Made by a program: the position numbers and the translations under genes. The notes under the pieces are model-generated. The model was not told the origin of the DNA. It ran no database searches and was given only the letters and a program-made list of their open reading frames with translations. From a bacterium (GTDB taxonomy: Bacteria; Planctomycetota; UBA1135; GCA-002686595), in contig JAUHYB010000029.1 in NCBI GenBank assembly GCA_030426745.1, positions 3,950-19,949 of the forward strand: a DNA stretch of 16,000 nt, in the 5' to 3' direction. This document shows, piece by piece, positions 1-7,260 of the stretch (the first letter of the stretch is position 1; each line of letters begins with the position of its first letter).

Positions 1-702
1 GATGTACGCCAGGAACCCGCCGCCCGCCGTGACGTGGCAGTCGGGCAGCGCTTCCTTGACCATGCGGCCCAGCGTCAGCGCGGGGATCAGCTGGCTGCCG
101 TAGATCACGGACATGCCCAGCGCGCGGGGCTTGCGCGCGACGAGGTCCGGCAGGACGCGTTCGCGGAAGAACGCGATGAAGGGGTTCTGGTCCTCGTCCA
201 ACGTCGCGGCCAGCACTTCCTCCGAGCGGTCGTTCGCGTACCCCATCGTGAAGTTGTGCGGCGTCCACGTGGTGGGGAAGTGCGCCGCGCTGACCAGGCG
301 CAGGCCGTGGTACAGCGTGCGCACCGCCGGGACGTAGGCGTCCATGTCGAACGCGTCGTCCGAACGCACGACGCGCTTGGCGTCCTCCACGCGGTCGATC
401 ACGGCGCGCGCGCTGACCGCGCTCTCGGCGGCGGCGCGGAACGCGTCCATGCGCTCGAACGGCAACGCGTCGCCGGTGTCGAACGCGTCGAGCGGCAAGC
501 GTTCCTCCACGCGCCGCGCGCAGCGCTCGAGCTGCTCGCGCGACAGGTAGTGGTCGTACGCCTCGATCGACAGGTCGCGCAGCTCGACGTCGGCGAAGCC
601 CTGCTGCTTCAACCACGCCTGGATGCACGGCAGCGCGAGGTAGGGCTGGGTGAAGTGCCCTTGCGGCGGGAAGACGAGCGTGATGGGGAAGGAGTCGGTC
701 AT
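1..702 (-). CDS. B12-binding-domain protein, probable class B radical SAM enzyme; N-terminal 234 aa only, 3' end beyond the left window edge
   Basis: Not in the supplied ORF track because there is no stop in the window. Hand translation of the reverse strand from ATG 702..700 gives 234 codons with no stop down to position 1: MTDSFPITLVFPPQGHFTQPYLALPCIQAWLKQQGFADVELRDLSIEAYDHYLS...KPRALGMSVIYGSQLIPALTLGRMVKEALPDCHVTAGGGFLAYI. LVFPP...P.LALP...L...G..V.L.D and GMSV....Q...A..L.R.VK...P...V.AGGG match the strand/helix pattern of the cobalamin-binding Rossmann-like domain that precedes B12-dependent radical SAM cores. The ATG overlaps the TGA of the upstream radical SAM gene (ATGA at 699..702). 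The CxxxCxxC core lies outside the window, so the radical SAM call is inferred. Confidence 0.7.
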   Translation of the reverse strand, partial: MTDSFPITLVFPPQGHFTQPYLALPCIQAWLKQQGFADVELRDLSIEAYDHYLSREQLERCARRVEERLPLDAFDTGDALPFERMDAFRAAAESAVSARAVIDRVEDAKRVVRSDDAFDMDAYVPAVRTLYHGLRLVSAAHFPTTWTPHNFTMGYANDRSEEVLAATLDEDQNPFIAFFRERVLPDLVARKPRALGMSVIYGSQLIPALTLGRMVKEALPDCHVTAGGGFLAYI

Positions 703-2648
703 GTCGTGGAGGTCCCGTGCAGCGCACCGGGTGCGCCGCGGTGTTCCGGATCGCCCGGGAGGCCGACCAGGCCGGCTTGCTCGAGCGCGGTGAGCGCGGC
801 GCCGATGCCCGGCGCGCGCGCTTCGAGGTCCGCGAGCGACGGCGCGCCGCGGAGCAGGTCGAGGACGCGCGCGACGTCGCCGCCGACGCGTTGCGTGCGC
901 ACGCCGGTCGCGGTCGCGCGCACGAAGAGGAAGGTCTCGCGCTCGATGGCGCGCGGCGCGTCGCGCCCCGCCTCGATCATCGCCGGCACGTCGTGGCGCA
1001 GCGCGACGACTTCGCCGAGGGCGACGGGCGCGTCCTTCGCGGTGACGACGCCGCGCGCGGCCGCTCGCACGAGCGCCTGTTCCCAGCGCAGCGCGTCGGC
1101 GACGATCGCCGATTCGTCCGCCGCGCCGCCGGCGCGCGCGACGTCCCTCGCGGCATTCCCCGCGAAGCCCGCGAACCCGCGCCCGCTCGCCCGCCACGCG
1201 CGCGCCAGCTGCAGGGAATCGTCGCCGGTCGCGCGCCGCAAGAGCGACCACGTGCGCGGGTAGCGCTGCAACAACTCCGGCAAGTGGTCGCGGTACCACG
1301 CGAGCTCGTCCAGGCGCGCGCCGTCCATCGGCAACAGCGCCCAGCTGGAGAACAGGTCGGGGTGGGCGTCGACGAGCGCGCGCTCGGCCGCCGTGTGTCC
1401 CGCGCCGAGCGCCATGTCCGGCGCGATGCCCGCGCGCGGCCGCGAGTCCGCGCCGAACTCCTCGCCCAGGCCGCAGCCGGGCTGCGGGTTCACCAGGTGG
1501 AAGGACAGGTTCAGCCCCGCGCGCAACGCGGCGTCCGCGGCGAGGTCCAGCGTCTGCGCGAGCTCCGCGTCGCCCTCACCGGGCAGGCCCATGATGAACG
1601 ACAGGATCGGCGTGATGCCGACGCGCGCGCAGGCGTCGACGACCTCCAGGACCGGCGCGTCCGCGGCCATGCGCTTCTCGCAGCGCGCGCGCACCTCCGG
1701 CGACGCGGACTCGACGCCGAGCAGCACCCGGTAACACCCCGCGGCGGCCATGCGGTCGAGCAGCGCGGCGTCCAGGTGGTCGACGCGCGCGCGACACTCC
1801 CACGGCACGCCGGCGCCGCGCGCGATCATCCCGTCGCAGAACGCCAGCGCGTGCGCGCGGTCGGCGCCGAAGATGTCGTGGCACAGGTAGACGTTGCGGG
1901 CGGCGGGCAGCGCGGCGGCCTCGTGCACCTCGTCGACCAGCCGCGCGGCCGGCACGACGCGCGACCGCCGGTTCCAGTAGCGGCCGATCGTGCAGAAGGA
2001 GCAGTCGTAGACGCACCCGCGGCCCGAGTCGACCGGCACCAGGCCGTCGGACTCGCCGGTGATGCGCTTGTACGCGGCGAGCGGGGGCAACAGGTGCCAC
2101 GCGGGGCGCGGCAGTTCCGCGAGGTCGCGGATCGGCGCGCGGTCGGGCTCGCGCACGACCGTTCCGTCCGCGGCGCGGCGCGTCACGCCGTCGACGCGCG
2201 CGTCGTCGCCGGCGGTCCAGCGCGCGAGCAGCTCGGGCAACGCGCGCTCCGCCTCGCCGCGCAGCACCAGGTCGACCGCGTCGAAGCGTTCCAGCAGCGC
2301 GACGTCGACCCCGGTCGTCCCCGGCCCGCCCAGGAGGTGCCGCGCCGTCGAGCCCAGCGCGCGCAGCTCCGCCAGGATCGCCAGCGCGACGGGCAGGGTC
2401 GCGCCCATCACCGACAGCCCGACGACGTCCGCGCCGCGCGCGAACAGGCGTTCCGCCGCGGCGCGCGCCAGGCCGTCTCCGGCGGGCAGCTCGCCGGCCG
2501 CCAGGGCGTACGCCAGGTCGTCCAGGGCGACCGCGTACCCCGCGCCCTCGACCGCCGCGCCGAGGCGCAACAAGCCCGGCGGCGGCATCGAGTACCCGAA
2601 GGTGTCCGCGTGGGGGGCGTAGGCGAGGAGCGTGCGCACGCGCGCCAT
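699..2648 (-). CDS. B12-binding-domain radical SAM protein (649 aa) with an extended C-terminal region
   Basis: This is part of track ORF 699..3137. I place the start at ATG 2648..2646 (MARVRTLLAYAPHADTFGYSMPPPGLLRLGAAVEGAGYAVALDD...). The 163 upstream codons are Ser/Pro/Arg-rich and overlap the divergent lipoprotein gene. The radical SAM cluster motif GRGCVYDCSFC (CxxxCxxC) follows an N-terminal B12-binding-like domain (VGLSVMGATLPVALAILAELRALG...LLGGPG). No C-terminal Cys cluster is present, so it is not SPASM/twitch type. Confidence 0.9.
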   Translation of the reverse strand: MARVRTLLAYAPHADTFGYSMPPPGLLRLGAAVEGAGYAVALDDLAYALAAGELPAGDGLARAAAERLFARGADVVGLSVMGATLPVALAILAELRALGSTARHLLGGPGTTGVDVALLERFDAVDLVLRGEAERALPELLARWTAGDDARVDGVTRRAADGTVVREPDRAPIRDLAELPRPAWHLLPPLAAYKRITGESDGLVPVDSGRGCVYDCSFCTIGRYWNRRSRVVPAARLVDEVHEAAALPAARNVYLCHDIFGADRAHALAFCDGMIARGAGVPWECRARVDHLDAALLDRMAAAGCYRVLLGVESASPEVRARCEKRMAADAPVLEVVDACARVGITPILSFIMGLPGEGDAELAQTLDLAADAALRAGLNLSFHLVNPQPGCGLGEEFGADSRPRAGIAPDMALGAGHTAAERALVDAHPDLFSSWALLPMDGARLDELAWYRDHLPELLQRYPRTWSLLRRATGDDSLQLARAWRASGRGFAGFAGNAARDVARAGGAADESAIVADALRWEQALVRAAARGVVTAKDAPVALGEVVALRHDVPAMIEAGRDAPRAIERETFLFVRATATGVRTQRVGGDVARVLDLLRGAPSLADLEARAPGIGAALTALEQAGLVGLPGDPEHRGAPGALHGTSTT

Positions 2649-2751
2649 GATCCGCGCGGGGGCGGGCCTTTTCCAGCCTCTGACGTCACCGCTTCGGCGG
2701 CTCGGGTAGAGTGTCCGCCCCATCGACCTTCCCGGCCCGTTCCTACAAGCG

Positions 2752-4665
2752 ATGACCCCTCTCTCCCGCCCCGCGCGCGCCGCGCGCATCGCCCCGCTGT
2801 TCCTGCTCCTCGCCGCGTGCGGCGGCTCCGACGACGACAGCGGCGAGAACAACCAGCTCACCGTTCGGATCTCCACGCTGTCCGTCGCCGGCGGCGTCCC
2901 GAGCGACTTCGGCGGCGTCTGGGCCGCCTTCCTCGCCGACGAGGCGACGTCCGGCGCCGGCGGCATGGACCTGAACGGCGACGGCGACGTGATCGACAGC
3001 GTCGCGCAGCAGCTGAACCTGCAGACGGGCGTCGAGGCGAACGTCGGCGTGGCCGCGCGCGACTTCCGCTGGCTGGGCGACCGCCTGTACCTGGTCGTCG
3101 ACGAGGCGGCGGACGGCGTCGACTGGGACGGCGACACGATGATGGACGACCGCGTGCTGCTCGAGCACGACCCGACGTCGATGGCGGTGCCGACCTACCT
3201 GGCGACGCTGCCCATGGACACGGGCGCGGACATCCTGCGCACCGACGAGTGGATCTTCGTGCGCCAGCGCGACCCCGCGGTGATGGCGAACACGAGCTGG
3301 GTCTGGGGCCTGCACGAGTCCCTGCCCACGACGCTGCACCAGGTGATGACGAACGACGCCGCGGGCGGGCTGCAGCCGCGCCTCCTGGCCGCGCACGACG
3401 ACCTGGTGTTCCTCGAGCTGGACGAGACCGTCGAGGGCCGCGACCTGAACGGCGACGCGGACTCGACCGACACGAGCGTGCTGGCGCTGCTCGACGGCCG
3501 CGGCATGGTCGTGATGGGCGGTTACGAGCTGCCGCTGCGCAACACCTCGCGCGCGATGCCCGCGAACGCCGTGGTCGCCGCGCTGTCGACCGGCATGCAC
3601 GACTGGCAGGTCGGCTTCCCCGTGGACGAGACGGGCCAGGGCGCGGTGAACCTGAACAACCCGCTCAGCGGCGCCGCGATGCTGCCGGGCTCCTGGGAGC
3701 CGACGCAGTGCACCGGCTTCACCGACAACGACACGGTCGACCAGGTGCTCAGCGTCATCGCCTTCCGCGCCTGGGACGACGACCCGGTGACGAATCCGCC
3801 GGTGAACACCGGCCTCGTCACGACGGACCGCATCGTCATGGTGCCGGGGTACGTCGGCGTGATCTCCGACGAGTCGGACCACGGTACCTGCGACCTGAAC
3901 GGCGACGGCGACACCGACGACGAGGTGTTCCGCTGGACGTCGGTCACCCAGCCGATCCTGCCGCCCAGCGCCGTGTCGTCGATGTTCGCGGTCTCGCGCT
4001 TGAGCGGCGGGTTGCAGGGCGTGGGAACGCTCGACGACGCCTTCGTGATGGCCGTCAGCGAGGCCGACGACCGCCGCGACCTGAACGACGACGGCTTCCA
4101 GGACCTGTCGGTCGTGCAGTGGCTCGACCCGTCGGCGGGCGTGACGTGGACGAACGACCACGGCGCGTCGCAGCCGTCGTACGCGGCGGCCAGCTGGATG
4201 GGGCCGTCGTCCGACGGCACGCGTCTGGGCGTCGCCTACGACGAGCTGTCGAACGGCGTCGACCTGAACAACGACGGCGACCAGCTGGACTCGATGCCGA
4301 CCTTCGCGCAGTTCACCGGCGCGCCGGTGCGCATGGCCTTCCCCGGCTACACGGCCGCGGTGCAGAAGACCAACGCCGGCATCGTCTTCCAGAACGGCTG
4401 GGCCTTCTACCGCATCAGCGAGGCCGAGGACGACCGCGATTGGAACGGCGACGGCGCCTCGAACGAGTTCGTGATGCTGCGCAGCCGCATCGCCGACGGC
4501 CTGTCGCAGTTCATCGTCACCCTGAACTCGCTGCCGATCCCGGCCGTGCGCCCGGACCTGATCACCGGCGCGGCCGGCGGCGTGTTCCTGGTCGACGAGA
4601 TGATGGCCGGCGACGTGAACGGCGACGGCGTGATCTCGTTCGCGCTGGTCTATTACGCGATCTAG
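2752..4665 (+). CDS. Secreted lipoprotein with repeated DxNGDG calcium-loop units (FG-GAP/integrin-like beta-propeller candidate), 637 aa
   Basis: ATG at 2752. The signal peptide has a lipobox: MTPLSRPARAARIAPLFLLLAAC(23)GGSDDD. Codon third positions are strongly G/C. There are eight clear DxNxDG motifs plus one degenerate copy (see the repeat feature). The antisense 676-aa ORF is Arg/Ala/Gly-rich and is rejected. Confidence 0.85.
   Translation: MTPLSRPARAARIAPLFLLLAACGGSDDDSGENNQLTVRISTLSVAGGVPSDFGGVWAAFLADEATSGAGGMDLNGDGDVIDSVAQQLNLQTGVEANVGVAARDFRWLGDRLYLVVDEAADGVDWDGDTMMDDRVLLEHDPTSMAVPTYLATLPMDTGADILRTDEWIFVRQRDPAVMANTSWVWGLHESLPTTLHQVMTNDAAGGLQPRLLAAHDDLVFLELDETVEGRDLNGDADSTDTSVLALLDGRGMVVMGGYELPLRNTSRAMPANAVVAALSTGMHDWQVGFPVDETGQGAVNLNNPLSGAAMLPGSWEPTQCTGFTDNDTVDQVLSVIAFRAWDDDPVTNPPVNTGLVTTDRIVMVPGYVGVISDESDHGTCDLNGDGDTDDEVFRWTSVTQPILPPSAVSSMFAVSRLSGGLQGVGTLDDAFVMAVSEADDRRDLNDDGFQDLSVVQWLDPSAGVTWTNDHGASQPSYAAASWMGPSSDGTRLGVAYDELSNGVDLNNDGDQLDSMPTFAQFTGAPVRMAFPGYTAAVQKTNAGIVFQNGWAFYRISEAEDDRDWNGDGASNEFVMLRSRIADGLSQFIVTLNSLPIPAVRPDLITGAAGGVFLVDEMMAGDVNGDGVISFALVYYAI
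2968..4641 (+). repeat. Intragenic coding repeat: units of hydrophobic strand, [D/S]E, 4-8 aa, D-[LWV]-N/D-x-D-G-x-x-x-[D/E]
   Basis: Motif D codons are at 2968 (DLNGDGD), 3121 (DWDGDTM), 3442 (DLNGDAD), 3892 (DLNGDGD), 4078 (DLNDDGF), 4261 (DLNNDGD), 4438 (DWNGDGA) and 4612 (DVNGDGV). A degenerate copy sits near aa 299 (VNLNNPLSG). Each is preceded by a DE/SE element: ADEATSGAGGMD, VDEAADGVD, LDETVEGRD, SDESDHGTCD, SEADDRRD, YDELSNGVD, SEAEDDRD, VDEMMAGD. At the DNA level the string gacctgaacggcgacggcgac recurs with variation. Confidence 0.8.
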
Positions 4666-4720
4666 CGCGACCTCGACCGGCGGAGTGCGACGGAACGCCG
4701 CACTTCGCCCGACGGTGCGA

Positions 4721-4761
4721 CACGAGCGCGCAGGTGAACGCCTGCGCGCTCGTGCCTTTCC
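4721..4761 (+). terminator. Intrinsic-terminator-like stem-loop downstream of the lipoprotein gene
   Basis: A perfect 14-bp GC-rich stem, CACGAGCGCGCAGG (4721..4734) pairing with CCTGCGCGCTCGTG (4741..4754), encloses the loop TGAACG and is followed by CCTTTCC. The U-tract is short (3 T). A weaker hairpin, AGTGCGAC/GCCGCACT (8 bp with 1 mismatch), lies upstream at 4684..4704. Confidence 0.5.
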
Positions 4762-4839
4762 GGACGAAGCCACGGAACGCGGCGGGGGAGCGGGCTAGGC
4801 TGCAGCGACCCGCGCGCCCCGCCCGGCGCGCCGACGCAA

Positions 4840-6204
4840 ATGGAAGCACTCGACGTCCACCGGCTGCAGTTCGCGTTCACGATCACGTACCACTACCTGT
4901 TCCCGCAGATCACGATGGGGCTGGCGCTGCTGCTCGTCGTGTTCAAGGCGCGGGAGCTGCGCGGCGACGAGGCGTCGGGACGCGCGCTGCGCTTCTGGGC
5001 GAAGGTCTTCGGCGTCTGCTTCGCGATGGGCGTCGTCACCGGCATCCCGATGGAGTTCCAGTTCGGCACGAACTGGGCGCGCTTCTCCGAGCGCACCGGC
5101 AACGTGATCGGCCAGACGCTCGCGATGGAGGGCGTCTTCGCCTTCTTCCTCGAGGCGAGCTTCCTGTACTTCCTGCTGTACGGCGAGAAGCTCGTCGGCC
5201 CGCGCGGCCACCTCGCGGCGGCGGTGCTGGTGTGGCTCGGCAGCTGGCTGTCGGGCTACTTCATCGTCTGCACGAACGCCTGGATGCAGCACCCGGTCGG
5301 CTACACGCTGGGCGACGACGGCGTGATCCAGCTCGAGTCGATCGGCGCGCTGCTCACGAACCCCTGGGCCGTACGGCAATACGTGCACACGATGATCGGA
5401 TCGGTGATCACCGCGTCCTTCGTGCTGGCGGGCGTCGGCGCGTTCTGGCTGCTGCGCGGCGTGCACCAGGCCGTCGCGCGCCGTTCGGTGGCGCTGGGCG
5501 TGCTCGTCGGCTTCGTCGCGTCGGTCGTCGCGGCCTTCCCGACGGGCTCGATGCAGGCGCACATGGTCAGCGAGCACCAGCCCGCGACTTTCGCCGCGAT
5601 GGAGGGCCACTTCCACACCGAGGACCGCGCCGCGATGGTGCTGATCGGCCAGCCGAACATGGAGACGCTGACGCTGGACAACCCGATCCGCATCCCCGGC
5701 ATGCTGTCGTTCCTGACCTTCCAGCGCTGGGACGCGGAGGTGCCGGGCCTCACCGAGTACCCGCGCGACGAGTGGCCGGACAACGTGCCGCTCCTGTACT
5801 TCAGCTACCACATCATGGCGGGGCTCGGGACGCTGTTCATCGCGCTCACCGCGCTCGCCGGGATCGCGTGGAAGCGCGGGCGCCTCTACGGCGCGCGGCC
5901 GATCCTGTGGGCGCTGCTGGTCGCCGTGCCGTTCCCCTTCATCGCGAACACCGCGGGCTGGATGACGGCCGAGCTCGGTCGGCAACCGTGGATCGTGCAC
6001 GGCCTGCTGCGCACCGAGGACGGGCACTCGCTGAACGTCTCGGCGGGCAACGTGTGGTTCAGCCTGCTGGGCTTCGCGGGTCTGTACAGCCTGCTGTCGG
6101 CGCTGTTCGTCGCGCTGATGCTGCGCCTCATCGGTCGCGGTCCGGCGCCGGATCCGCGCGAGGACGATGCGGCGGAGCTCGCCGCGCGGTCGGAGGTCGC
6201 CTGA
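4840..6204 (+). CDS. cydA: Cytochrome bd-type quinol oxidase subunit I (short Q-loop form, 454 aa)
   Basis: The N-terminus HRLQFAFTITYHYLFPQITMG matches the CydA heme b595 His region (E. coli RLQFALTAMYHFLF). The signature GWMTAELGRQPWIVHGLLRTEDG (GRQPW) is present, with multiple TM helices. The length of 454 aa fits short Q-loop CydA. Confidence 0.95.
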   Translation: MEALDVHRLQFAFTITYHYLFPQITMGLALLLVVFKARELRGDEASGRALRFWAKVFGVCFAMGVVTGIPMEFQFGTNWARFSERTGNVIGQTLAMEGVFAFFLEASFLYFLLYGEKLVGPRGHLAAAVLVWLGSWLSGYFIVCTNAWMQHPVGYTLGDDGVIQLESIGALLTNPWAVRQYVHTMIGSVITASFVLAGVGAFWLLRGVHQAVARRSVALGVLVGFVASVVAAFPTGSMQAHMVSEHQPATFAAMEGHFHTEDRAAMVLIGQPNMETLTLDNPIRIPGMLSFLTFQRWDAEVPGLTEYPRDEWPDNVPLLYFSYHIMAGLGTLFIALTALAGIAWKRGRLYGARPILWALLVAVPFPFIANTAGWMTAELGRQPWIVHGLLRTEDGHSLNVSAGNVWFSLLGFAGLYSLLSALFVALMLRLIGRGPAPDPREDDAAELAARSEVA

Positions 6205-7220
6205 TGCTCGCCGAGACCTGGTTCTGGCTGCTCGCGCTCTCGCTCGCGACCTACGTCGCGCTGGGCGGCGCGGACCTGGGCGTCGGCATGCTGCTGTCGC
6301 GCGTCGCGAAGACGCCCGACGAGCGCCGCGCCGTGATCGACACGATCCGCCCGCTGTGGAAGCCGAACGAGGTGTGGCTGGTCGCCGCCGGCGGCACGCT
6401 CTTCCTCGCGTTCCCGACGCTGCTCGCCGTCGCGTTCAGCGGCTTCTACCTGCCGCTGATGCTCGTGCTGTGGTTGATCGTCGGGCGCGGCCTGGCGATC
6501 GAGTTGCGGTACCAGATGGACGAGCCCCTGTGGAACGGCATGTGGGACGTCGTGCTCGGGCTGGCGAGCCTGGCGCTGGCCGTGTGCTTCGGCGCGGCGC
6601 TCGGCAACATCCTGCGCGGCGTCGCGCTGGACGAGACGGGCACCTTCTTCGCGCCGCTGTGGACCGACCTGACGATCGGCGACGAGCCCGGCATCCTCGA
6701 CTGGTACACGCTGCTCGTCGCGACGGTCGCCGCGCTCGCGCTGGCGCACCACGGCGCGCTCTACCTCTCCGGTCGCACGCAAGGCGACGTGCGCGAGCGC
6801 GCCGCCGGCTGGGCCGCGCGCCTCTTCCCGCCGCTCTTCATCGGCTGGATCGCGCTCGGCGGGCTCTCCTTCGAGGCGCGCCCCGCCGTCCTCGACAACC
6901 TCCGCGCGCACGCGTGGGGCATCGTCTTCCCCGCCCTCGCCGTCGCCGCCTTCGTCGCGAGCGCCCTCCTGCGCCGCCCGCACCCGCGCCGCGCCTTCCT
7001 CGCGAGCACCGCCGCCCTCTACGCCAGCGTCCTCACGGCCGCCGTCTCCACCTTCCCCGACGTCCTGCCCGCCCGCGACGCCGCGCACTCGCTGACCCTG
7101 GCCGAAGCGGCCGCCCCCGACGCGGGCCTGGCGACGGGGCTCACCTGGTGGCTGCCCGGGATGGCGCTCGTCGTCGCGTACTACGCGTGGATGCACCGGC
7201 GGATCGGCGGCGGACGGTAG
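6204..7220 (+). CDS. cydB: Cytochrome bd-type quinol oxidase subunit II (338 aa)
   Basis: This is the last 338 codons of the artefactual 2167-aa track ORF 717..7220. ATG 6204 overlaps the cydA TGA (TGATG), and GGAGG lies at 6192..6196. MLAETWFWLLALSLATYVALGGADLGVGMLL...TIRPLWKPNEVWLVAAGGTLFLAFP...AFSGFYLPLMLVL aligns by eye with E. coli CydB (DGFDMGVGML...[24 protein letters not shown]...AFSGFY). Confidence 0.93.
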   Translation: MLAETWFWLLALSLATYVALGGADLGVGMLLSRVAKTPDERRAVIDTIRPLWKPNEVWLVAAGGTLFLAFPTLLAVAFSGFYLPLMLVLWLIVGRGLAIELRYQMDEPLWNGMWDVVLGLASLALAVCFGAALGNILRGVALDETGTFFAPLWTDLTIGDEPGILDWYTLLVATVAALALAHHGALYLSGRTQGDVRERAAGWAARLFPPLFIGWIALGGLSFEARPAVLDNLRAHAWGIVFPALAVAAFVASALLRRPHPRRAFLASTAALYASVLTAAVSTFPDVLPARDAAHSLTLAEAAAPDAGLATGLTWWLPGMALVVAYYAWMHRRIGGGR

Positions 7221-7260
7221 GATCGCGTGACCGCCGGGCCCGCCGGGTCTAGCGGCCCGC

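Noticed and set aside
34-1263. 409-aa plus-strand ORF over the left end
   Set aside because: It is a GTG-initiated, Arg/Ala-rich shadow frame. The opposite strand encodes recognisable B12-binding/radical SAM sequence with an ATGA junction at 699..702.
2649-2751. Search for a RiPP precursor ORF or clear promoters in the divergent gap; also the TGACGTCA palindrome (2681..2688), the CCGC-TTCG-GCGG hairpin (2689..2700) and the TAGAGT hexamer (2707..2712)
   Set aside because: There is no room for a peptide gene. The palindrome is only 8 bp. TAGAGT has no -35 at 16-18 nt spacing (the nearest TGACGT-like hexamer is 20-21 nt away). The 4-bp hairpin is too short to interpret.
2968-4632. Recurring DNA string gacctgaacggcgacggcgac, considered as a possible CRISPR, tandem repeat or REP element
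   Set aside because: Copies are in frame inside one ORF, irregularly spaced (153-450 nt apart), diverge at synonymous and non-synonymous sites, and encode the DxNGDG loop. It is a protein repeat, not a DNA element.
2743-4773. 676-aa minus-strand ORF antisense to the lipoprotein gene
   Set aside because: It is Arg/Ala/Gly/His-rich with no motifs. The plus strand has a lipobox signal peptide and a regular DxNGDG repeat architecture.
717-7220. 2167-aa plus-strand ORF, the longest in the track
   Set aside because: The composition is Arg/Ala/Gly/Pro-dominated (runs such as RRRRRP and RRGRR) for its first ~1829 codons. It is antisense to the radical SAM gene and out of frame with the lipoprotein and cydA genes. 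Only the last 338 codons (6204..7220) read as a real protein (CydB). It is a high-GC open-frame artefact fused to cydB.
7221-7260. Search for a cydX/cydS-like small ORF after cydB
   Set aside because: The gap is only 40 nt and has no start-to-stop frame of useful length. A small subunit, if any, is not encoded here.
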